A stretch of 64,000 bases of DNA from NCBI GenBank assembly GCA_964388035.1, contig CAYLZE010000010.1, positions 1 through 64,000 of the forward strand, read 5' to 3'. The stretch is from an uncultured archaeon. Lineage in GTDB: Archaea > Asgardarchaeota > Lokiarchaeia > Sigyniarchaeales > SOKP01. The notes under the pieces were generated by a model. It saw only the letters and a program-made list of their open reading frames with translations. It had not been told where the DNA came from and searched no databases. Below are positions 53,342 through 64,000 of the stretch, one piece after another. Numbering within the stretch: the first letter of the stretch is position 1; each line of letters opens with the position of its first letter. Made by a program: the position numbers and the translations under genes.

Positions 53342-54615
53342 TAGGCGCGGGTTCCTTACAATTTGGTCTAGGAGCAGCGGGAAGCGTTTTAGAAAGTGAA
53401 ATTTTACGGGGATCCACTTTATGTCTTCACGATATCAATGCCGAAGCATTGGATTTAGTATATCAAGCATGTAAAGCTGCTGTTGAGGAAGGTAATTTAG
53501 ACTTTGAGGTAGAACAAACCACTAACAGGTCAGAAGCTTTAAATAAGGCAACATTCATCATCAATTCTATAGAAGTAGCACCTCGGTTTCCTTTATGGGA
53601 TCAAGATTATGAGATTCCACGCAAATTTGGAAATAGACAAGTATTTGGAGAAAATGGAGGTCCTGGAGGATTATTTCATTCATTGAGGGTCATACCCCCT
53701 ATATTAGAAATTTGTGAAGATGTGATGAAGATTTGTCCTAATGCCTTTTTCATAAATTTTTCCAATCCGATGAGTAGAGTGTGCCTAGCGTTGCACAGAA
53801 AATTTCCAAAACTTCGTTTTGTAGGACTTTGTCACGAATACCATCATCATGTACCAATAGTGAGTAGAATGTTAAATACTCCTGTATCCGACTTGGAAGT
53901 GAAAGCGGGAGGGTTAAATCATTTTGGGATAATATTGGATATAAAATATAAAAATTCGGGAAAAGACGCTTATCCCGATATTCGAGAAAAAGGACCGAAA
54001 CATCTTGAATCCATAGAAACCTTGGACGGACATAATCTCATGAAGTATATTCTTAAAAAGTTTGGATATTTTACCTATACAACGGACAGCCATTATGGTG
54101 AATATATCCACTGGGCTTGGGAAATTGCAGATATGGAGGGAATTCAACGATTTAAAACGACCTACATGCAAGCCATCGAATATGAGAGTAAAAAAATCAC
54201 CAGACTAATAAAAAGAGGAAAAGGAGCAAATCTGGTAAAAGCCGATGATGAACATGCAATTCCGATAATAGAAGGAATCATCACCAATTCAAAACAAGAA
54301 GAAGCTTCCGTGAACATTCCTAACGATAATATAATTTTTAACTTACCCCGTGATTTAGTCGTGGAATGCCCCGCACTAGTAACTAAGGATGGGCTAAAGG
54401 GGATACCCCTTGGAGAATATCCAAAAGGATTAGCGGGACTTTTGAGAAATCAAGCTACCGTGCAGGACTTAGTTGCAGATGCAGTAATTAAAAAATCAAA
54501 AAATGTTGCTCTCCAAGCTCTCCTCGTAGATCCCGTGGTTGATAGTTATACGCAGGCAGAGAAGATATTAGAAGAGATGTTAAATGTTCAAAAGGATCAC
54601 ATTCATTTGGACTAG
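53314..54615 (+). CDS. GH4 NAD-dependent alpha-galactosidase/alpha-glucosidase
   Basis: IGAGS, GENGGPGG, NFSNP, GLCH, GLNHF. Confidence 0.92.
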   Translation: MSRKEKIVLIGAGSLQFGLGAAGSVLESEILRGSTLCLHDINAEALDLVYQACKAAVEEGNLDFEVEQTTNRSEALNKATFIINSIEVAPRFPLWDQDYEIPRKFGNRQVFGENGGPGGLFHSLRVIPPILEICEDVMKICPNAFFINFSNPMSRVCLALHRKFPKLRFVGLCHEYHHHVPIVSRMLNTPVSDLEVKAGGLNHFGIILDIKYKNSGKDAYPDIREKGPKHLESIETLDGHNLMKYILKKFGYFTYTTDSHYGEYIHWAWEIADMEGIQRFKTTYMQAIEYESKKITRLIKRGKGANLVKADDEHAIPIIEGIITNSKQEEASVNIPNDNIIFNLPRDLVVECPALVTKDGLKGIPLGEYPKGLAGLLRNQATVQDLVADAVIKKSKNVALQALLVDPVVDSYTQAEKILEEMLNVQKDHIHLD

Positions 54616-54973
54616 TAGAAAATTTAGAATATATTTTTTTCATTTTGCTCCTCAATTTTATGGGTTGAAATATTGATTAATAAAAGAAAGCATAATCATA
54701 AAAATAATAATAAAATAAGGTATTGAGAGAAGCGTTTTTAGCAATTTATACAAAATTTTAAAAAATCATACTGAATTATTTATTAATGTAGCTAGGAAAA
54801 ATACCTTCCTATAAAATATGAAAGAGTAAAGGATATTGGGAATGCTTACATTTAAAATAGATATTGGCAGTCATCTCCCGCATAAATAAGTTTTTTATGA
54901 GAAAAGTTATAATTTTTTATAGGAAAAAAGAGATTTAATACATGATTTCTCGAGTAAAAATAATGTGATTTGA

Positions 54974-56293
54974 ATGCTGGAAGAAAGTATCATTGATCTG
55001 ACTTTAGCCATATTTTCAGTAATTACTACAATTATTTTCGGAATAATGTATAGGAAAGGAGGCTTTGTTCTCTCGTGGTTATTTACTTCAATTTGCTTCA
55101 CGATTGCTTCTACAATTTATTATTTTAGATTTATCGATAGCATGTACCGAATAATGGGAAATATCTTTTACTTTTTAGCTGCAATTATTCTTTCTTTTTC
55201 GATCTTTCAGGAATATAATCAAATATTTTTAAGTAAGAACAGGAAATTAAAAGATACAACCCAAATTAGTAAAAATCTTGGAATTTTTATGTTCTTTTCG
55301 CTATTTTTGATAAATTCAATACAAATCGCCCTAATTATTTACTTAATATTAAGCGGCGGCATGATGTTAAGGATTTTGATGAAAAGCAAGTCAGTTACCC
55401 ATCTTTTTATGCTTTTAGCTCAAGTTAGTGCCATCTTGACATTATTTTTTTCTGTTTTAACCAATTTTTCTGTTCAAAACTTTTGGGAAATTGCCTATGT
55501 CATGAAAATTATTTTATACACTTCTCTTTTAGTCACGGGACTTGCAGCTCCAACAGAAAATAGATTAAATAGTTCAGAAAAGAAATATCGAAATTCCTAT
55601 AATCGAGCTGAATTTTATAAAGATATTTTCGCTCATGATATTAGTAATATCCTCCAAAGTGTCCAGACCGCCATGGATCTCCTTACATTATATTTAAAAA
55701 AGCCCCTTGAACTCAAGGAATTATCCAACATTATAAATCTTGTGAAAAATCAAGTAAGCAGAGGGGCGTATTTAGTCTCAAATATTAGGAAATTATCCGA
55801 ATTAGAGGAAATTAAACTTTCCTTAAGACCAATAGGAGTTAAAGAATACTTGAATCTAGCGATAGATTCATTGAAAAAAAAATATGATGAAAAAGAAATT
55901 AATACTCGCATTGAATTATCCGATCCGTATTATAGAGTGAAAGCAAATGACCTTTTATTAGATATAATAGAAAATATATTGACTAACGCAGTGAAGTATA
56001 ATCATAATCAAAAGATTGAAATTTTTATTAAAATTTCAGCTAATAAAATTAATCAACGTGAATACATTAAATTCGAGTTTGGCGATAATGGAATTGGTAT
56101 CCCTGATAATATGAAGACTAAAGTTTTTCAGCGAGCTTTTATGAAAGATAAAACAATAAGCGGAATGGGCTTAGGATTATCCCTCGTAAAGAAGATCGTG
56201 GAAGGTTATGACGGAGAAATATGGATTGAAGATAGGATAAAGGGAGATTATTCAAAAGGAAGTAATTTTATTGTTCTTATCCCCGCGATATAA
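54974..56293 (+). CDS. Membrane sensor histidine kinase
   Basis: TM region, HDISNILQ, NILTNA, DNGIGI, GMGLGL. Confidence 0.9.
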   Translation: MLEESIIDLTLAIFSVITTIIFGIMYRKGGFVLSWLFTSICFTIASTIYYFRFIDSMYRIMGNIFYFLAAIILSFSIFQEYNQIFLSKNRKLKDTTQISKNLGIFMFFSLFLINSIQIALIIYLILSGGMMLRILMKSKSVTHLFMLLAQVSAILTLFFSVLTNFSVQNFWEIAYVMKIILYTSLLVTGLAAPTENRLNSSEKKYRNSYNRAEFYKDIFAHDISNILQSVQTAMDLLTLYLKKPLELKELSNIINLVKNQVSRGAYLVSNIRKLSELEEIKLSLRPIGVKEYLNLAIDSLKKKYDEKEINTRIELSDPYYRVKANDLLLDIIENILTNAVKYNHNQKIEIFIKISANKINQREYIKFEFGDNGIGIPDNMKTKVFQRAFMKDKTISGMGLGLSLVKKIVEGYDGEIWIEDRIKGDYSKGSNFIVLIPAI

Positions 56294-56565
56294 TGGAATT
56301 GTAAAAGTATCTTCATGATTTAGTGTAACTACTAGTTCTCTTGCTTCTTATAATAATTTAAACATTTCACCATAATAAAGAAGGTGATTTCAATTAGTGG
56401 GATTGATAAAAGTTTATTTTTGAATATAAAAAAACTTGATATAAACATCATAAATGGGGTTATCTCTTTAGTGCCGCGATATTGGAATTTAATTAGCATG
56501 ATTTAATAGGTCTTATAGCTTTATTTAGAATTATTGATCTAGAGAAAGTAACCCAGGTTGAAATT

Positions 56566-56892
56566 GTGGCACTAAATGAATGGTTTAAGGTTATATTTGA
56601 TGATAAGTCCGTTTTAATCGATGTGGTACCCCCAAATAGAGAAAAATGGAGTGCCCATTTTGATTGGGATGATGTTATTCGCATTTGTTTTAAGATTGGT
56701 GATCTCTTCACTAGTGATGAATTATACATATTTACTAATACCCGCCCAGAAAGCTATTTAATTCCAATTGAAGCAAATGGGGGTTTAGAACTTTGGAATG
56801 AGATAGTTAGCAGAGGTCTTTTCGATGCTGGACTTGCAATTAAGATGGTAAGCAAGACTGAAGGGCTTTTCTGTTGGCCACCTGATGAATAA
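56566..56892 (+). CDS. Hypothetical protein
   Basis: 108-aa ORF with protein-like composition. Confidence 0.65.
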   Translation: MALNEWFKVIFDDKSVLIDVVPPNREKWSAHFDWDDVIRICFKIGDLFTSDELYIFTNTRPESYLIPIEANGGLELWNEIVSRGLFDAGLAIKMVSKTEGLFCWPPDE

Positions 56893-57155
56893 TTGTAATA
56901 TTATTAGCATATAAAATTATTTTACAAGAAAATAGCATTATTTGAACAACATTTATTAGTTTTTTAGAAGAAAATGAATTAAAAAGTATAAATAGTTAAA
57001 ATTTATTATCTAAACTTCAAAAAACCTTCTAATAACAAATAAATGAGAATTTGATATTAGTTAAGTATAACATCCATTCAATATCGGTAAAAATAACAAT
57101 AACTTAAACTTTAATATTATTAGTTTTATCAAGTTTTATCAACCTCTTCTTCATA

Positions 57156-58454
57156 TCATGGTCTTTTTTGATAATAATCTGCATCAAGATTTGGGTATAA
57201 TTTTTTTTTCCTCCCATCCTTTTTTATATGGATTAATCCCAGCTCGATTAATTTTTTAACATGATAATGAATAGTTTTATGGTCAACTTCCATTTCTTTA
57301 GTTATAAGACTATTCCAAATACCAGGTTTTTCTTCAATTCTTTGTAAAATTTCTAACGTTAACTTGCTTTTTTCTAATTCAATATCAATATTTGAAATGG
57401 GATTTTTCTGATAATAGGGAAAGTATGCTAAAAAATTCCCAATTCTCTTTTTTCCTATGATTTTATAAGTTTCCAATATATCCAAGTGCCAGACCAGATT
57501 TCCTGGAGCTAACTCTGTTTCTCTCAATAATTCATTAAAGTGTATGCCGGGTTGCTTTAATATTATATCGATGATTTTATTTCGATTTTGATTCTCTAAT
57601 ACATCTTCCAAGGATAATCGATGGACTCCTGTTTCTACTGGGGTTATTCTCTCTTTAATCATTCTTATATAATCCTTTTTTGATATAATGATGACTAATG
57701 CCAAGAATCCCGCAATTATTATTAGAATCCACCATAAGTTTTCCAAGAGAGGTGACTCCTTTAATTCAAATATGGTGATGTAATAATCTGTATTCTCCTG
57801 AAGATCTATCAAGGACCCTTGCAAGAAATCTGCCGAAGTATCCCCCCCATTAGCATTTAATAGATTTATTGTGGGTTGTTCTTGTGAAATTTCATTTGTT
57901 GATAATAGATGCCAAGAATCGAATTCAGTCTCATAGACCGCGATGGAATATGTGCCTTCTGGATTCAATCCATATAAAGAACTTTTATTGAATAGGAAAA
58001 TCGAATCATCAATACTAGAATTGGCTCTAAATCGGTAAACAATTCCATAAATCCATTCATTATTAACATTTTCCGGCAGTTTGGGAGAATTATTAGAAGT
58101 AAATTTGTCATAATCCGTTTTAGCATTTACATCCAGCGAAAGGGATTTTGTATTTTCAATTTGCAAGGTAATTTCCTTGTTTTTAATTCCCTCTTCATAT
58201 TCAATATTTATTTCCAATTCAACGGTTGAAGATATTGTAAATTTTCTATTATTAGAAAATTGATAAGAAGCGGACTGTCCCGGTTTCACTACATCTTTAT
58301 AAGCATTTCCTTTCGGATTTTTCTTTTTAGGGGAATTACCAGAATCATCATTACTCGAAAGAACATATCCCAATGTGAAAGAACATTGAATAATGATGAA
58401 TGTAATTAAGAGAATGCATAAAATTGTAGTCTTATATCTTCTCATTTTCTTCAA
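57156..58454 (-). CDS. Membrane-anchored double winged-helix transcription regulator with extracellular domain
   Basis: Signal/TM, extracellular beta domain, TM, then LENQNR...PGIHFNEL...WHLDIL and a second wHTH. Confidence 0.82.
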   Translation of the reverse strand: MKKMRRYKTTILCILLITFIIIQCSFTLGYVLSSNDDSGNSPKKKNPKGNAYKDVVKPGQSASYQFSNNRKFTISSTVELEINIEYEEGIKNKEITLQIENTKSLSLDVNAKTDYDKFTSNNSPKLPENVNNEWIYGIVYRFRANSSIDDSIFLFNKSSLYGLNPEGTYSIAVYETEFDSWHLLSTNEISQEQPTINLLNANGGDTSADFLQGSLIDLQENTDYYITIFELKESPLLENLWWILIIIAGFLALVIIISKKDYIRMIKERITPVETGVHRLSLEDVLENQNRNKIIDIILKQPGIHFNELLRETELAPGNLVWHLDILETYKIIGKKRIGNFLAYFPYYQKNPISNIDIELEKSKLTLEILQRIEEKPGIWNSLITKEMEVDHKTIHYHVKKLIELGLIHIKKDGRKKKLYPNLDADYYQKRP

Positions 58455-58592
58455 ATTTTGAAATGTAAGTGAATTATTTTCTTATTCAACAAATTTAGGG
58501 TTCCACTTTAAAATTTCTATACTATTATGATGAAAAATTCAATATTTTGTATCAATATAGTTATCATTATAAATAAAAAAAAAATTTAAGAT

Positions 58593-59333
58593 TTATTTTC
58601 GCCTTTTGATAAATACGACGATTAATGCTATTGCAACAACAGCAGCTAAAACAGAGCCAATGATGATAGCGGTATAGTTGATTTCAGGAACTAACAATGT
58701 CCATGTTGAAAAATGATCCGTATTAGCAACCATGTACCCATCTTGTTCTTGTGTCTGAACGGGAACCCATTCTCCTGAACTCTCATCATAATAGGCCCAG
58801 GTGGCTCCTTTGTTTTCATCATTAGCTTTCATTTTCAATTGTGCGCTAAAATTGCCTTGACATTCAATCTGAGCAACAAAACCTTCTTGATATCTATGGC
58901 GCTCTCTATTTCTCACTTGAACAGTACTTCCATTCATGAGACCTAATTCCTTTTGCTCTTCTGTACAAGTCATCGTCATGGTCATGTCCTTATCATTATT
59001 CGATTGAACGTTGACTTCAAAATCCTTGTCTCCTATAGCTTGAGCATCACAATTGATGTTGACGTTCATGTTATTTGATGAATTAATCGTGATTCGTGTT
59101 CTTTCTTGAAACTGATAAGTAGTTCGTAACCCTGCCTGAACGCGTTCCCGAACAGTATTTCCAGCAACATTCTTGGTTTTAGTTGCACTTCCTTGAGTTG
59201 TTCCATCACTAGAATTTCCATCACCATATTTGGTTAAATCTTCCGCTGCTACGAAAATTAATGCACTACTTAACATCGAAATTACAAGAAATAACACTAA
59301 GGCGCTTACCAACGTCTTTTTAATTTTATACAT
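58593..59333 (-). CDS. Exported membrane-anchored protein with HFS motif
   Basis: Signal peptide, WAYYDESSGEW, TDHFSTW, C-terminal TM + KRRK. Confidence 0.75.
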   Translation of the reverse strand: MYKIKKTLVSALVLFLVISMLSSALIFVAAEDLTKYGDGNSSDGTTQGSATKTKNVAGNTVRERVQAGLRTTYQFQERTRITINSSNNMNVNINCDAQAIGDKDFEVNVQSNNDKDMTMTMTCTEEQKELGLMNGSTVQVRNRERHRYQEGFVAQIECQGNFSAQLKMKANDENKGATWAYYDESSGEWVPVQTQEQDGYMVANTDHFSTWTLLVPEINYTAIIIGSVLAAVVAIALIVVFIKRRK

Positions 59334-59568
59334 TTTTTTAACCTTTTTTATTATTAAATTGAGTTACTAAATTAGAATAAAATCTATTTAAAGCCGTTTG
59401 AGGTATAAATGTTCCCGATAAAATCTGTATAAAAGTAATTGATGGTGATATGTATCCGTCCTTGAAAGGTTAAATTTGGAAATCAATAATCCTTGGGGCT
59501 CTAATCAAATATACATTATTTACTATTATCCTAAATAGAATAGTAAAAAATAAAATAAGGGAACAAAA

Positions 59569-60699
59569 ATGAGCAAGGTGGGCATTGCAACTCTTCCCCT
59601 CCATAAATCTAAAGCTCCGCGATGGCTTTTAACTCGAATGGTAATGCTTGGGAAACCTATCTTTAAAATTGTACATGATATGGAAGGGCCCGATGGAATT
59701 ATTAATAGATTATCTGATACGTATTGGTTTCAAGGATTAGCGTGCATTTTAGGCTTTGATTGGCATTCAAGTGGATGTACTACGGTATTAGGCGGTATAT
59801 TAAAGCAAATCATTACACCTGAGGAATATGGGCTTATTGTGGCTGGAGGAAAAGGAAAATATTCAAAAAAGGTTCACGAACATTTAACCGATGGAGCAAA
59901 AGTTCTTGACTATTCTCCCGATAATGTCGAAAAGTTTACTGAGCTTAGCAGGTTAGTGGCTAAAATTGACAATACTGCCATCCAAGATGGCTTTAAGCTC
60001 TATCATCACATGATGATACTCTCTGAGCATCAGTGGGGAATCATCCAACAAGGCCTTGACCCTACTATAAAACAAGCGAGAAGATATCATTGGCATTCGG
60101 AAGGCCTCAAGAATTTCTTGAATAATCCTCACTCAAGTATCCACACCCAAATCATAAAACCAAAAGTATTAGATATGGCCAGTACAAATAGTCAAGAAAG
60201 CAGGAAAATCTCTTTAGATTTAATAGCAGAAGGATCAAATCGCATCAAGCGATATTTGCTCAAATTAAAAGACAATAATCAGAAAACCATTGATGATTTT
60301 ATAAATCCAAAGAACACCGTGATGTCGAAAAGAATTCCACATTTGGAAATGCCCGTCCCGTTTACCCTAAAATGGGAAACTCTTGATATGGCTAGAAATT
60401 TAGCTTTAAATGATTATACCAATTTACTAAAAGTGAAAGGGATAGGACCTGGAACGATTAGAGCTTTAGCACTCATTTCTGAATTTATTTGGGGTACTTC
60501 TCCTAGCTGGAGGGATCCCGCTAAATATAGTTTTGCTCACGGAGGAAAGGATGGCATTCCATATCCGGTCCACCTTAAAAGAATGGAACGTAATGCATCA
60601 TTATTAGAAGAAGCAATCGATCGCGCAAGGTTAGGAGATAAGGAAAAATTGAACGCTCTCAAAAGATTACACATGTTTAAAAATAATAATGTAATCTAA
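59569..60699 (+). CDS. DUF763 family protein
   Basis: GFDWHSSG, QDGFKLYHH, ARRYHW, FAHGGKDG. Confidence 0.9.
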   Translation: MSKVGIATLPLHKSKAPRWLLTRMVMLGKPIFKIVHDMEGPDGIINRLSDTYWFQGLACILGFDWHSSGCTTVLGGILKQIITPEEYGLIVAGGKGKYSKKVHEHLTDGAKVLDYSPDNVEKFTELSRLVAKIDNTAIQDGFKLYHHMMILSEHQWGIIQQGLDPTIKQARRYHWHSEGLKNFLNNPHSSIHTQIIKPKVLDMASTNSQESRKISLDLIAEGSNRIKRYLLKLKDNNQKTIDDFINPKNTVMSKRIPHLEMPVPFTLKWETLDMARNLALNDYTNLLKVKGIGPGTIRALALISEFIWGTSPSWRDPAKYSFAHGGKDGIPYPVHLKRMERNASLLEEAIDRARLGDKEKLNALKRLHMFKNNNVI

Positions 60700-60859
60700 A
60701 CAGCAATTTTGATGATCTTCTTTTCTAATTCGTTCACGATCTTTCTTAATTTTTATGAATTTAAAAATCTAAAACCATGCTTAATTAAAATTAAACAAAG
60801 CTTTTTAATCAATAAAATACCTCATTCATAAAAATATAGCTCATGGGACTTTATTAAAC

Positions 60860-62539
60860 ATGCGCATCATAAAACTTAGGAACAAGCGTTACTCGGGAAC
60901 TGTCATTCTCGGATTATTAATGATTTTATTACCATTAGGTTTATTATATTATCAAGATAATGCGTTTAAAGAACATATAACAATAACTTTTAATGATCCA
61001 TCAGGAGTGAAGCTGGTTGGAACGTATTATCCTGGAACTCGCAATTTGGGGATAATCCTATCGCATGGATATGCAGGAGATCAAATGACCATGAAGGGTA
61101 TAGTTCGGGAGTTCCTACGATTAGGATTTCACGTATTTACTTATGATTTTGAAGGTCATGGAAGATCCTCGGGTGCAATGGAAATATTTTATACTACTTC
61201 AGATCGATTAGCAAGAGAAGTTCTAGCAGGAAAAGAAGCATTCAAAGATATGTCTGGATTGGATGATTCTGAGATTATTTTATTCGGTTATAGTATGGGG
61301 GCACGAGCAACCTTGCAATCTACATTTTTAGATGAGAATAATGTGAAAATGCTAATTTTATTAGGTTGTTATATTATTTTAGATTCAAGTACTCATCCTA
61401 ACACGCAGGGATTTATTAATGACTCAAAATTGAATTGGGTAGAAGCTCTTTCGAGTACCCATCCTAAAAGTGACATTTTATTAATCACGGGAGAAAAAGA
61501 TGATCTCTCCACCCCATATCGGAATGAACTTTTACTACAGAAGTTAGGAGGGGAGTCGCAAACTAAATTTACACGAAAATTGATAGTGATTAATGGGTTA
61601 ATTCATCCTTATGAACCATATTCACCACAAGTATTAAACCAGATCATTGATTGGGTCATAGAAAGACTAGAATTGAATAATACTCCTCCAAATCAAATAA
61701 ATTCCATGACAGTTAGAAAAGTAGCCTGGACCTTGAGTTTGCTTGGGATGTACATCCTAATTATGGGAGGGCTTTTCATTCGTTCAAGTTCTAAGGAGAA
61801 AAAAATCGGCTCGAAATTTGCTTTCTATTTTGATCAAGAATTTAGTCAAGGGGTTCAGATTAACAACCTAAAAAAATTTATAACTTGGAAATTCATTCTT
61901 TGGCTATTAGCTGTACCCTTTATCCTGGGAACTCAAATAATTCTCTTACTCTTGCCTTTAAATGTGCATTATTTTCCTCTCTGGGGAGTTACTTCCATTG
62001 GAATTTACAGTATAATAATGATTCTCCTTTATTTAAAAGGCAAAATGCCGGGAACAATTGGAAAGCTGCAAATTATAAGTAAAACAAGGGAAAATAAAAT
62101 GAATAGTTTTAAAGCTCTTGTCTTGATCGTTTTTTTGATTTTAATTAGTACACTTCTTGCCAATTCGGGTATATTTTATATATATCCGTTGAATGACCGA
62201 TTTATTTGGTTAATTATTTTCACGGGACTCATAATTCCCGGTTTTTACATCCATCATCTTGAACTCAACAGTCTTCAAAATTTATCGGATAAAGATCATA
62301 AAAAAAAGCAAGCAGTGGTTTTTATTTTCCTTGAATTCATACCTTTTATAATGTATGTTGCGTGGTTAGCCAGCATTCACGGGATGATCATATTATCCAT
62401 TGTTTTTCTGGGTGGGTATTTAATTCATAAAATCGGAAAAACACCTGTTATAACCGTACTTTTTCAAGCATTTTTGATAAATTATCTCTTGCTCCCCCAA
62501 GGAGCATTGTATCCAAATATTTTTTCATCCCTCTTTTAA
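60860..62539 (+). CDS. Alpha/beta hydrolase with C-terminal multi-TM region
   Basis: HGY, GHGRS, GYSMG, D and H of the triad; many TM helices. Confidence 0.85.
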   Translation: MRIIKLRNKRYSGTVILGLLMILLPLGLLYYQDNAFKEHITITFNDPSGVKLVGTYYPGTRNLGIILSHGYAGDQMTMKGIVREFLRLGFHVFTYDFEGHGRSSGAMEIFYTTSDRLAREVLAGKEAFKDMSGLDDSEIILFGYSMGARATLQSTFLDENNVKMLILLGCYIILDSSTHPNTQGFINDSKLNWVEALSSTHPKSDILLITGEKDDLSTPYRNELLLQKLGGESQTKFTRKLIVINGLIHPYEPYSPQVLNQIIDWVIERLELNNTPPNQINSMTVRKVAWTLSLLGMYILIMGGLFIRSSSKEKKIGSKFAFYFDQEFSQGVQINNLKKFITWKFILWLLAVPFILGTQIILLLLPLNVHYFPLWGVTSIGIYSIIMILLYLKGKMPGTIGKLQIISKTRENKMNSFKALVLIVFLILISTLLANSGIFYIYPLNDRFIWLIIFTGLIIPGFYIHHLELNSLQNLSDKDHKKKQAVVFIFLEFIPFIMYVAWLASIHGMIILSIVFLGGYLIHKIGKTPVITVLFQAFLINYLLLPQGALYPNIFSSLF

Positions 62540-62638
62540 ACGATAAATTAAAATATCTTAGAAAACAGATCTACCCTCTCTGCCAAACCATTTCACCTTC
62601 TCTGAATTATAGACAAGAAATAACAACAAAAGGTAAAT

Positions 62639-63973
62639 CTATTCTACGGGTTCATCGGGTTGTTTTTTATATTTATCCAATGACGTTTTCAATTTATTAC
62701 CCAATGTTTTGATGCCCGAATCTAACTTTTTACCAACTTCCATGAGTCTCATTTCTGCTATGGATGGTTCTCCATTTTCCCTTGTAAAGAATGCTCCGAT
62801 GTATTTGAGAACTTGCTGAAAGGTGTATTTATCAGTGAGAAGATCTCGCACGCGATTAGAGGCAAAAAAGGCGATAATAAATGAAAACAAAACTATAAAT
62901 GATACCAGCAAGTAAGTTCGATGATATATCGTACTAAATTTAGCTTGAAAAGGAAAAATGTCATTAATAATGGGCAAGGGAGCGACAAAAAAAGAATCAA
63001 GCGTGACCATGTGATAGCCTAGGGCAAGGCCCATGATGATGAGAATGGCCCCCCGTTCTCCTAATAGGTTTCTTAACCGATCTGTAAAATATAATCTCGT
63101 TTGAAAGGTAATAGGATTTTCATTAGATTTCATTCTTTCTGGAGAACTTGCAATGCGTCTTGTCATGGATTGTACTATATATAATATAGTTATAAACATC
63201 ATGATGATATCTATTAGAAAGGAGGTTGTAGACGTGCTTAATGTGGAAAAACTCATGAGCAGATGATAGAAAATAAGAATGTTATAAAACCCAATCGTGG
63301 TTGTAAAATTCATGATCCCAGGATTCGTTTCTTGCTTTCTTGGAGCTTGATAGAAGAGATCCAAGGTAACTATCATTACAATTAATCCTAAAATGCCAAT
63401 TATTAGATTTCCGATGGAGAACCGAAATATTAGATAAACATAAAAGGGAATGGAAACTACAGCAACGACTTTGAGCAAAAATCCAAAGAATATATGGTCC
63501 TTGGGGGCACCTAGTGTAATTACTTTTTTAGGAAAACTAGTAAAAAAATATATGGTTATAAAAAAGAAAGTTACAGAAGTAATTCCCACCCACATTAAAA
63601 AATAGATTAGCTTAATCAACTGAAAAATGAAATTATCATACATCCAACTGATAAAGAAAAATAGCAGTAAATAGAATATAATAATGAAGATGGGTATCAA
63701 ATAATATAAGAGAAGATTTTTCAAGCGTCCCACCACAAAACCTGAAGTTATCATGGCAAAAGATAGGAAAAGCTCGAACATTAGGCAAAAAATAACAAAA
63801 TCCAACCCAAATATGAGATTAAAGCTATATAATATTCCCACAATGGTATTTAAAAGCATTACACTAAAAATAATGATCGTAAAAGGTAAATACGTCCGCT
63901 TCCTTAATTTTGCTATACCTCCAAAAAGATAATTTTTAAGGAAAAGGACCAAAACTCGCTCTATGTAAGACAT
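62639..63973 (-). CDS. Polytopic membrane protein
   Basis: About ten hydrophobic helices; no recognised motif. Confidence 0.75.
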   Translation of the reverse strand: MSYIERVLVLFLKNYLFGGIAKLRKRTYLPFTIIIFSVMLLNTIVGILYSFNLIFGLDFVIFCLMFELFLSFAMITSGFVVGRLKNLLLYYLIPIFIIIFYLLLFFFISWMYDNFIFQLIKLIYFLMWVGITSVTFFFITIYFFTSFPKKVITLGAPKDHIFFGFLLKVVAVVSIPFYVYLIFRFSIGNLIIGILGLIVMIVTLDLFYQAPRKQETNPGIMNFTTTIGFYNILIFYHLLMSFSTLSTSTTSFLIDIIMMFITILYIVQSMTRRIASSPERMKSNENPITFQTRLYFTDRLRNLLGERGAILIIMGLALGYHMVTLDSFFVAPLPIINDIFPFQAKFSTIYHRTYLLVSFIVLFSFIIAFFASNRVRDLLTDKYTFQQVLKYIGAFFTRENGEPSIAEMRLMEVGKKLDSGIKTLGNKLKTSLDKYKKQPDEPVE

Positions 63974-64000
63974 TTTTTATACATATATATTTTTTTTTTA

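Overview
AT-rich archaeal window, most likely an Asgard (Lokiarchaeia-like) chromosome. This is inferred from a profilin-like gene, a Loki-CTERM-type protein, the proteasome-exosome superoperon, Ftr and the expanded histidine-kinase family. It holds a TFB, four tRNAs (three intron-containing, two with non-canonical T-loop introns), the psmA-SBDS-rrp4-rrp41-rrp42-rpl37ae-pcc1-pfdB cluster, an ECF transporter, t6A genes (cgi121, sua5), a 4-subunit 2-oxoacid:ferredoxin oxidoreductase, PPi-type PFK, and sugar/fatty-acid catabolic and signalling genes. Main discovery: two apparently frameshifted metabolic genes each contain a short insertion that folds into a canonical bulge-helix-bulge (BHB) motif (acyl-CoA dehydrogenase, 37 nt at 28451-28487; Fe-S oxidoreductase, 31 nt at 43614-43644). 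Cutting at the standard BHB positions restores the frame and a conserved motif (GTNEI; CxxCxxC). This points to endonuclease-spliced introns in ordinary protein-coding genes of an Asgard archaeon. Other leads are a ~360-nt structured non-coding element with partial RNase P-like features, and a convergent pair of RHH-DHp-REC regulators sharing a perfect 54-bp inverted repeat.
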